In this document: in pieces, positions 56,941-64,000 of the stretch | Numbering within the stretch: the stretch's first letter is position 1 | Layout: the number at the start of each line of letters is the position of its first letter | Assembly (NCBI GenBank): GCA_964592785.1 | Contig: CAZQHU010000001.1 | Coordinates: 45,687-109,686, forward strand | Source: an uncultured Gammaproteobacteria bacterium | GTDB lineage: Bacteria > Patescibacteriota > Patescibacteriia > Magasanikbacterales > UBA922 | DNA length: 64,000 nucleotides | Reading direction: 5' to 3' | Notes under the pieces: generated by a model | Seen by the model: only the letters and a program-made list of their open reading frames with translations | Database searches by the model: none | Told to the model about the DNA's origin: nothing | Translations under genes and position numbers: made by a program

Positions 56941-57279
56941 ATGATGCCTGAACTCGTCAGAACCTTTGGAGGACATCAGTTTCCGCTCTCCATTTACATG
57001 GGAGAGAGGAAGGTGGTGGTCCAGGTACCAGAAGAAGGAGAACTCAAGACCATCGAGCGTGGTTCTGGCAATGGCAGGAAGGTCATCCTCTACCCGCTGA
57101 CCATGGTCGATGGAGTGAATCACCGTTTCGTGTTCAATCACGAAAATGGTGTTCCGATTTCGGGCTACATCGAGGAAGCCAAGGGACACCGTCTCAAGCC
57201 GGGAGTGAAATTCACCTTTTCGGTGATCACGAGCGGTGGTCGGTGCCCGGTCCAGGCTCGAGTGGAACTGCAGTCATAG
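56941..57279 (+). CDS. Hypothetical 112-aa protein, GC-rich island G
   Basis: AAAGGAGGTGTGATCATG ribosome-binding site. Confidence 0.4.
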   Translation: MMPELVRTFGGHQFPLSIYMGERKVVVQVPEEGELKTIERGSGNGRKVILYPLTMVDGVNHRFVFNHENGVPISGYIEEAKGHRLKPGVKFTFSVITSGGRCPVQARVELQS

Positions 57280-57324
57280 TCCTGGGGGCTTGACTGACTG
57301 GCCGGCTTGTGTTAGGATAGTTTT

Positions 57325-57600
57325 GGCTAACTTCGCGTGAAGGGACCGCACGAATGCTCTGCTACGGGCGCGGTTGCGCGAATTTTGGCTGGCCCACAGG
57401 GGCCGGGTGGTGGGTCGTTTGGCACGACCCCCCAGGTTGGACACCGTTGCAAGATACGGCGACCATGGCCTTTCGGCCCACCACCCAACCCTGTCCACAA
57501 GGAGGACGGGGGTGTATTCTGCACCCCCCAAGTTCCAAACCAATAAACATTTGTTGATTGGGAATAACAAAAAATCGCTTTAAAGCGATTTTTTGTTTTA
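57325..57600 (+). ncRNA. Candidate GC-rich structured RNA (promoter TTGACT-N17-TAGGAT at 57290-57318; terminator AAAAAATCGCTTTAAAGCGATTTTTTGTTTT)
   Basis: Long-range pairing GGCCGGGTGGTGGG / CCCACCACCCAACC; many overlapping short ORFs on both strands, typical of non-coding GC-rich sequence. Confidence 0.3.
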
Positions 57601-58365
57601 TATTTTTAATCTTTTTATTACAAATTCTTTGGCTTTTTTCGCATACTCTTGCATTTGTGGTTCGGACCAAGTTTGTTCTAATAAATTTTTGTTGGGGTTG
57701 GTAATTGTAATTGTTTCTTGTCGGACGCCGTGGTTGTATTGTCCGTCGGTAGGGTATTGGAAGGAGTGAATATAGTTCAGAGTTCCTAGTTCAGAGTTCA
57801 CAGACTCTACTAGTAAAACATGGTTGTAATCTTGTTTTAGTCCTGCACCCATAATAATGATCATATCACCCGGTTGAATTTCTGATAATTTAATTTCAAA
57901 ACTATTTACTTTGTGATGGAAAGTTCCCACGCCAGTATTTTCAATCGGACGAAGTTTGACCAAAAATTTTCTGAGAGGATTTTTGAACCAAGGTCTTTTC
58001 AAAACCTTATGTAAACTGCCTTTGCCACGAGCCTGCATTTCAGCGTCTAGTATGTGATAAACCAGTCCCGAACAATCAATACCTAGATTATGGTTGATTA
58101 AAAATTTTTTTAATTCTTCATTATTCAGTTTGTTTAAATCAACTTTTTCTCGGAGTGAAAAAATAGTTGCTTCTTCTACAATATCTTCAGGGCTACCTTT
58201 GCCGATCATGGCGCGTAAACCTCCGCGAAGTCGAGCACGACGATTATTAAAATAAGGACAAGAAATTTGTTTGCCAGGGAAGGGAAGTTGGAGATATTTT
58301 TGAATAACTTGCAGGGCTTGAGGAGATAGACTATTCATAATTTTTAATTTGAAATTTTTAAACAA
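57598..58365 (-). CDS. NlpC/P60-family cysteine peptidase-like protein
   Basis: GIDCSGLVYHIL catalytic Cys context and a downstream His. Confidence 0.55.
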   Translation of the reverse strand: MFKNFKLKIMNSLSPQALQVIQKYLQLPFPGKQISCPYFNNRRARLRGGLRAMIGKGSPEDIVEEATIFSLREKVDLNKLNNEELKKFLINHNLGIDCSGLVYHILDAEMQARGKGSLHKVLKRPWFKNPLRKFLVKLRPIENTGVGTFHHKVNSFEIKLSEIQPGDMIIIMGAGLKQDYNHVLLVESVNSELGTLNYIHSFQYPTDGQYNHGVRQETITITNPNKNLLEQTWSEPQMQEYAKKAKEFVIKRLKI

Positions 58366-58372
58366 TTTTTAA

Positions 58373-59782
58373 TTATTTAATTTTCAATAAATTTACAATT
58401 TTATTACCAATTATACTAAATTCATTATGTTTTTTCATTATTCCAGTTTTGCTTTGAATGCGAATCAAATCCGAATTTAATTTTGTGTTGTTATACTGGA
58501 TGGTATTAAAATTATTTTTTTTGAGTTTTTCAATAATCTTATAATTATTTAATTTTTTAATCATTTGCTCATCGTTCATTCTCTGTATTATTTGTGCCCC
58601 GTCTTGGATTTTGATTAATGTCTGATTTTCTAAATTCATGTTTAACAAAGCTAGTAAATGCGCTTCAAAAGTTGTCATTCCGAGCGAAGTCGAGGAATCC
58701 CTTTTACATTGTTTAAGGGATCCCTCCACTCGTTTACACTCGGTCGGGATGACAGACCGTTGTAATTGTGATTCGTAGGTAGTGGAGGCCGGTTGTCGGC
58801 AATTGATTTCCAACAAATACAATTTGCCAGTCTTCTCGTGCATTACTATATCGATCCCAAATAAACCGCGCCAACCAGCTTTTTTGAGCCTTAGACCAAC
58901 ATCAGTGGCAATTTTTTTATATTGTGCAATTTGTTTTTTATTTAAAATTTTATGAGGCAATGCCCAATCATTTCCAATAGTAGAAAAAGGCAGATCAGTA
59001 AAAGGCTTGAGGCCGGTAATTTGGTAATTGATATTACCAACCATTATTTCAGAATTTGCAACTACATTATTGTTGGTAAAAAGTGGACCAGGAATATATT
59101 CAGCGATTCGTACTTCACGTTCAGGAAATTTTTGTTGCAGAGTTTGTAGTTGTTTTTTGGATTCAATTAGAGTAGTACCACTACCAGTGTGGGATCTATT
59201 AAATTGCAGAATAAATGGCCCGACTCCGCTTCGTTGCGCCAGGGTAAGTTTACCCCAGGCAATTTCTTTACACTTCAAAACTTTATATTTTGGTAAATAT
59301 TTTTTTAATGGTCCGAGCCAAGTAATTTGCGAAATTTTTTCTTCTACCTCATTGGAAATTCTAGCTGGAGGATTTAGAAGTTTCCAATTATTTTCAGCAC
59401 AAGTTTTTTCAATTTGTAAGGTGTTTTTGAATACCAAAATCCCCCCCGGCCCCCCTTTACAAAGGGGGGAAGTGTCCAATTTCCCCCTTAGAAAAGGGGG
59501 ATTAAGGGGGATATTGGCAATATTATTAATAAACTTCTTTACTTGTTTATTCTGTAGTAGCTCCCAAGTATCCAGAATCTTTTTTTCTTTGATAAGTAAG
59601 ACATTTTTGTGTTTTTGATAAGACTTGGCAAAGTCAGAAAAATTTGAGATAATAAAATAACCTTTGGTATTAACAGGTAGTCCTAGAGCGCGCTCAAGAT
59701 CACGCGTAACGTAGATTATGGGTTGTTTGGTTAGGTCAAGCATAACGAGGGTAATTATAATAAAATTAAGCAAAAAAATCAA
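58373..59782 (-). CDS. ATP-grasp domain protein with two in-frame repeat insertions (58674-58755 family 1; 59438-59520 GC-hairpin family)
   Basis: LFGIDIVMHEKTGKLYLLEINCRQPAST C-terminal ATP-grasp signature. Confidence 0.6.
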   Translation of the reverse strand: MIFLLNFIIITLVMLDLTKQPIIYVTRDLERALGLPVNTKGYFIISNFSDFAKSYQKHKNVLLIKEKKILDTWELLQNKQVKKFINNIANIPLNPPFLRGKLDTSPLCKGGPGGILVFKNTLQIEKTCAENNWKLLNPPARISNEVEEKISQITWLGPLKKYLPKYKVLKCKEIAWGKLTLAQRSGVGPFILQFNRSHTGSGTTLIESKKQLQTLQQKFPEREVRIAEYIPGPLFTNNNVVANSEIMVGNINYQITGLKPFTDLPFSTIGNDWALPHKILNKKQIAQYKKIATDVGLRLKKAGWRGLFGIDIVMHEKTGKLYLLEINCRQPASTTYESQLQRSVIPTECKRVEGSLKQCKRDSSTSLGMTTFEAHLLALLNMNLENQTLIKIQDGAQIIQRMNDEQMIKKLNNYKIIEKLKKNNFNTIQYNNTKLNSDLIRIQSKTGIMKKHNEFSIIGNKIVNLLKIK

Positions 59783-59784
59783 TT

Positions 59785-60753
59785 ATGCAAGAATATTATC
59801 AGCAGTTAAAAGAATTTGGCCATGTTCGTCTCAATGAACCATTATCCAAACACACAACTTTTAAAATTGGTGGACCAGCTGATTTTTTTATTGAAGTAAA
59901 TGAAGTTGCTAAATTAACTAAGTTATTAAATTTTTTGAATAGTGAGGGGATAAGCTGGTTTGTTCTAGGTGGTGGAAGTAATATTTTATTTAAAGACGAA
60001 AATTTTGAAGGAGTGGTAATAAAAATTAAGACTACAGACCACAGACTAACTCTCGGCCTGAGCTCGGATCGAAAGCAGACTATGGACACAATTATAGCAG
60101 ACAGTGGAGTGTTGTTGTCACAAATAGTAAATTTGGCAGTACAAAATAATTTATCAGGTATGGAGTGGGGGGTGGGAATACCGGGTACAGTCGGCGGAGC
60201 GGTACGTGGTAACGCCGGTGCCATGGGCTATGATACTTCTCGGGTAGTGGAAAAAGTAGAAGTTTGGCGCGATGGTGAAGTTTTGATTTTGAATAATAAT
60301 GAATGCGGTTTTTTTTATCGTGGTAGTGATTTTAAGAAAAATGGCGGAGTGATTTTACGCGCCTGGTTCAAGCTTGTGCCCGGGGAGAAACAGTCAATCG
60401 TGAATGAAGTGGGGCGTTTTTTGCAACAAAGACAAGGACGCTATCCGACTTTTCCTTCAGCCGGAAGTTTTTTTCAGAATATAGATATAGATAAATGGCC
60501 GGGAGATACCAAAAATTTACCAGAAATTTTTGTAGAGCGTAAAAAAATTCCAGTTGGTTGGCTAGTGGAGCAATGCAATTTGAAAGGTTATACTGTCGGT
60601 GGAGCCAAGGTTTCTGATGAGCATGGTAATTTTGTAGTCAATTTTAAAGAGGCTACCCAAGCAGAGATTTTGGCTGTGGTTGAGACAGTTCAAGAAAAAG
60701 TGTATAATAAATTTGGCGTAGAATTAAAACCTGAAGTAGAAATTATAAAATAA
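59785..60753 (+). CDS. murB: UDP-N-acetylenolpyruvoylglucosamine reductase MurB
   Basis: FKIGGPADFFIEV FAD-binding N-terminus, GGGSNILF. Confidence 0.85.
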   Translation: MQEYYQQLKEFGHVRLNEPLSKHTTFKIGGPADFFIEVNEVAKLTKLLNFLNSEGISWFVLGGGSNILFKDENFEGVVIKIKTTDHRLTLGLSSDRKQTMDTIIADSGVLLSQIVNLAVQNNLSGMEWGVGIPGTVGGAVRGNAGAMGYDTSRVVEKVEVWRDGEVLILNNNECGFFYRGSDFKKNGGVILRAWFKLVPGEKQSIVNEVGRFLQQRQGRYPTFPSAGSFFQNIDIDKWPGDTKNLPEIFVERKKIPVGWLVEQCNLKGYTVGGAKVSDEHGNFVVNFKEATQAEILAVVETVQEKVYNKFGVELKPEVEIIK

Positions 60754-60760
60754 TAAAAAT

Positions 60761-61105
60761 ATGCAAATAAAAATTAAAGGTACTGGCATCGACCTTACTG
60801 AGCCAATTAAAAATTATGTCATAGAAAAAATAGAAAGTTTGGAAAAATTTTTTGATAATATTCAATCGGCCGATGTGGATGTGGGTATGCAGTCGCATCA
60901 TCATCTCAAAGGCAAAGTTTATTATGCTGAAGTAAACTTATCAGTACCAGGTAAGTTGATAAGAGTAGTTAAAGAATCTGAAGATTTGTATAAAGCTATA
61001 GACAAAGTCAAAGATCATCTAAAAGTTGAACTGGAGAAGATGAAAGAAAAAAAACGTGCTCGAGATAAAAAAGTATTACGGGAAAACAAACAATATCAGG
61101 AATAA
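60761..61105 (+). CDS. hpf: Ribosome hibernation-promoting factor (HPF/RaiA)
   Basis: MQIKIKGTGIDLTEPIKNYVIEKIESLEKFFDNI, 114 aa, followed by a strong terminator. Confidence 0.8.
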   Translation: MQIKIKGTGIDLTEPIKNYVIEKIESLEKFFDNIQSADVDVGMQSHHHLKGKVYYAEVNLSVPGKLIRVVKESEDLYKAIDKVKDHLKVELEKMKEKKRARDKKVLRENKQYQE

Positions 61106-61275
61106 AAAATATCCGCCCCGCGTATTGCGGGGCGGATATTTTTAATTTTAGAACTGTCCGATATTATTTTAAATTTCTAGATTTAGAAATTTAAAGGGGG
61201 GATCGGACAGTTCTTTTGGGGAGTGCAGTCCCAAAGAACGACTGATCCCACGAAGCTGAAGTGGCGACCGGTCTT

Positions 61276-61527
61276 TTAACCGGTCGTGCAGTGCTTGCGT
61301 CCGTCGGGGGTCTCGGTGACCGTGACCCCGGGTTCGCCGACGTTCTGGCGACGATCGAGGGCTTCCTGGGTTCTCGGTGGTTCCCGGTGCTTGTCCTGGC
61401 CGCACTTGAAACAGAAGCGGCCCTCGGATTCGTGTCCGCAGTTAGGACACTTCTGGATCGGCGCCGGCCGAAGCCAGGACGGAGTCCGGTCGGGTCCGAT
61501 GTTGGCAGGTCGGGGTCGGAGTGGCAT
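61276..61527 (-). CDS. Small C4 zinc-ribbon protein, GC-rich island H
   Basis: CAGGAGGTTCACATG ribosome-binding site; CPNCGHESEGRFCFKCG. Confidence 0.45.
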   Translation of the reverse strand: MPLRPRPANIGPDRTPSWLRPAPIQKCPNCGHESEGRFCFKCGQDKHREPPRTQEALDRRQNVGEPGVTVTETPDGRKHCTTG

Positions 61528-61682
61528 GTGAACCTCCTGGTGTTTGCCTGCCTTATTTGTGGCAGGGAAAGAGAAATTGGCTCCATTTAACAGTATTTTC
61601 TAAACTTTGTCAAGGGTAGACAAAAGAGACAAATAGTGATACAATGCAGTTCATGGTTCAATAATTATAAAATAGTTATTTT

Positions 61683-64000
61683 ATGTCGTTTTTAACTAAA
61701 ATTTTTGGTGACCCTAACAAAAAGATTTTACGCGAGGTTCAGCCACTTGTAGAAAAAATAAATTCTTTGGAACCGGATTGGCAAAAATTGACGGATCAAC
61801 AATTGAAAGATAAAACTTTGGAATTTAAAAATCGTTTAGCTCAGGGAGAAACTCTTGATGAAATTCTTCCTGAAGCTTTTGCCACAGTGCGTGAAGTAGG
61901 CAGACGTGTTTTGAATATGCGTCATTTTGATGTTCAGCTTATTGGTGGCATAGTTTTGCATCGTGGGAACATTGCCGAGATGCGTACTGGTGAAGGAAAA
62001 ACTTTGGTAGCGACTTTGCCGGTTTACCTCAATGCACTCGAAGGCAAAGGCGTGCATGTGGTAACAGTCAATGATTATTTGGCCAAGCGTGATGCTGTTT
62101 GGATGGGCAAGATTTATGATTTTTTGGGTTTGAGCGTGGGTATAGTGCAAAACATGAGAGTGAGTTATCGCTATGATGCAAGTGTCAAGAAGAGTGAAGA
62201 GATTATGAATGAAGGCACAGCAAGTGATGAATTGGAGATAGAAAGTTTTAAAATTGAAGAGGATTTTATTCGCCCTTGTTCTCGACAAGAAGCTTATCGC
62301 TCGGATATTACTTATGGAACCAATAATGAATTTGGTTTTGATTATTTACGCGACAACATGGTGCAGAGTTTGGAAGAGATGGTGATGCGTCCGGGTGAGG
62401 AAATGCATTATGCGATTGTCGATGAAGTCGATTCCATTCTTATCGATGAAGCTAGAACACCGCTTATTATTTCTGCTCCTGCCGAAGAGGCGGCGGATCA
62501 ATACTATCAATTTGCAAAATTAGTTCGTCAACTTAAAGAAAATGAAGATTATAATGTTGATGAAAAAATGCGTAGCGCCACTCTTACCGAGGCAGGTATT
62601 GCTAAATTTGAAAAATGGTTGAATGTTGAAAATATTTATGCTGAAGGTGGAGTGAGAATAATCCATCATATTGAACAAGCGCTCAAAGCTGAGGTTCTTT
62701 TTAAGCGTGACAAAGATTACATGGTAGATGCCAATAATGAGGTTATTATTATTGATGAATTTACCGGACGCAAAATGCCAGGAAGACGTTATTCCGAAGG
62801 TTTGCATCAAGCGATTGAAGCCAAAGAAAATGTAGATATTAAACGTGAAAGTCAAACGTTGGCCACTATTACTTTTCAAAATTTATTTCGCATGTATCGC
62901 AAGCTTTGCGGTATGACTGGTACAGCCGCCACTGAAGCTGAAGAGTTTGGCAAAATTTATAATTTGGATGTGCTGACCATCCCTACCAACAAAAAAGATG
63001 GCAGAATTGATCATCCGGATAGGATTTATCGCACTGAAAATGGCAAATTTAAGGCAGTGGTAGAAAAAATAAAAGAATGCCAAGACAAAAACCAGCCAAT
63101 GCTTATTGGTACAATTTCTGTAGAAAAAAACGAAGAGTTGAGTGAATATCTAAATAGAAATGGGATTAAGCATGAAGTTTTGAATGCCAAGAATCATGAG
63201 CGTGAAGCTGAGATCATTGCTCAGGCTGGGCGTCCTGGGGTTATCACTTTGGCGACCAATATGGCTGGCCGTGGTGTGGATATTAAGCTTGGTGGCAACC
63301 CAGTAAACCTTGAAGAAGCGGAAATTGTCAAAAAGGCTGGGGGGTTATTTGTGCTTGGTACTGAAAGACATGAATCCAGGCGCATTGATAATCAGCTTCG
63401 TGGGCGTAGCGCCCGCCAAGGTGATCCAGGTCAAACTCAATTTTTTGTTTCCACCGAAGACGATTTGATGCGTATCTTTGCCGGAGAAAGAATGAAGGCC
63501 GTGATGACCACGCTCAAAGTTCCCGAAGACATGCCGATCGAACAGCGCATGATCACCAAAATGCTGGAGAGCGCCCAAAAAAAAGTTGAAGGTTTTCATT
63601 TTGACACTCGTAAGCACTTATTGGAATATGATGATGTCTTGAACAAGCATCGCGATGTAATCTACAAAAAACGCCGGGAAGTTTTGGAAAGTGAGAATTT
63701 GAAAAAGATTATTTTGGATTTGGTAGAACAAGAGATTGAACTGGTGGTTTCTTTTCATACCAATTTTGAAGATAAGCGGGAGTGGAATATTCAGGAAATT
63801 TTTGAAACCATGCAAACTATTTTTCCATTCAGTCCGGAAGAAAGAGAAAAATTATTGCATTTCAATAAAAATGGCAATAGCAAACTTGATGATGTACTAG
63901 TGAAGGAAGAAATGATTAAGTTTCTTATGGAAAAAGCTGGATTGGAATATGAAAAATTATCAGGACAAATTTTGGCGATGAGTGGTAATCAAGAAGAAGG
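61683..64000 (+). CDS. secA: Preprotein translocase ATPase SecA (N-terminal about 770 aa; continues beyond the window)
   Basis: [17 protein letters not shown]..., [13 protein letters not shown] Walker [19 protein letters not shown]. Confidence 0.9.
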   Translation, partial: MSFLTKIFGDPNKKILREVQPLVEKINSLEPDWQKLTDQQLKDKTLEFKNRLAQGETLDEILPEAFATVREVGRRVLNMRHFDVQLIGGIVLHRGNIAEMRTGEGKTLVATLPVYLNALEGKGVHVVTVNDYLAKRDAVWMGKIYDFLGLSVGIVQNMRVSYRYDASVKKSEEIMNEGTASDELEIESFKIEEDFIRPCSRQEAYRSDITYGTNNEFGFDYLRDNMVQSLEEMVMRPGEEMHYAIVDEVDSILIDEARTPLIISAPAEEAADQYYQFAKLVRQLKENEDYNVDEKMRSATLTEAGIAKFEKWLNVENIYAEGGVRIIHHIEQALKAEVLFKRDKDYMVDANNEVIIIDEFTGRKMPGRRYSEGLHQAIEAKENVDIKRESQTLATITFQNLFRMYRKLCGMTGTAATEAEEFGKIYNLDVLTIPTNKKDGRIDHPDRIYRTENGKFKAVVEKIKECQDKNQPMLIGTISVEKNEELSEYLNRNGIKHEVLNAKNHEREAEIIAQAGRPGVITLATNMAGRGVDIKLGGNPVNLEEAEIVKKAGGLFVLGTERHESRRIDNQLRGRSARQGDPGQTQFFVSTEDDLMRIFAGERMKAVMTTLKVPEDMPIEQRMITKMLESAQKKVEGFHFDTRKHLLEYDDVLNKHRDVIYKKRREVLESENLKKIILDLVEQEIELVVSFHTNFEDKREWNIQEIFETMQTIFPFSPEEREKLLHFNKNGNSKLDDVLVKEEMIKFLMEKAGLEYEKLSGQILAMSGNQEE

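Noticed and set aside
56277-57189. Long antisense ORFs (56479..57189 at 236 aa and 56277..56558) opposite the PK-like gene; also 15093..15617 overlapping the thioredoxin, 20672..20993 and 57337..57670 ORFs
   Set aside because: Typical spurious open frames in GC-rich sequence. No ribosome-binding site, they overlap better-supported genes or RNA candidates, and they have low-complexity Pro/Arg/Gly-rich translations.
1-64000. CRISPR array
   Set aside because: The abundant repeats are irregularly spaced, of several unrelated families, often inverted rather than direct, and many lie inside ORFs. No repeat-spacer periodicity and no cas genes.

Overview
AT-rich 64-kb window that looks like a reduced, probably Candidate Phyla Radiation (Patescibacteria)-like bacterial chromosome; the lineage call is inference from gene content and base composition. 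It carries dense housekeeping genes: a UXS/GT2/GT1 surface-glycan cluster, pilT, an FtsI-type PBP, a tRNA cluster (Pro-CGG, Glu-CUC, CAU), hup, rny, truB, tkt, infB, trxA, gdh, leuS, split comEC, an archaeal-type pyrH-like kinase, a PLD/cls-like gene, rarA, queH, tsaE, glyA, Elp3 next to a Trm9-like methyltransferase, murC/mpl, mraY, murB, hpf and the start of secA. Four things stand out. (1) At least five families of short palindromic repeats are scattered through the window. Many sit IN FRAME inside conserved genes (truB, tkt, leuS, comEC, rarA, queH, tsaE, Elp3, murC, an ATP-grasp gene), which is reminiscent of Rickettsia palindromic elements. (2) leuS is about 1190 codons long and carries an inserted NUDIX domain and an inserted RBBP9/YdeN-like alpha/beta serine hydrolase domain at two separate points of the synthetase core. 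(3) Three roughly 410-460 bp single-gene cassettes are each flanked by short terminal inverted repeats. Their cargo genes are a four-helix-bundle protein, a GxxExxY protein and a DUF559 Vsr-like endonuclease. (4) Nine or more GC-rich islands interrupt the AT-rich background. Most of the small ORFs they carry have strong GGAGG ribosome-binding sites, and they include a thioredoxin, a divergent pyruvate-kinase-like barrel, zinc-ribbon proteins and a 48-aa hydrophobic peptide. Several of these islands also contain promoter-to-terminator structured RNA candidates that match no standard ncRNA motif I can recognise. No rRNA and no CRISPR array are present.
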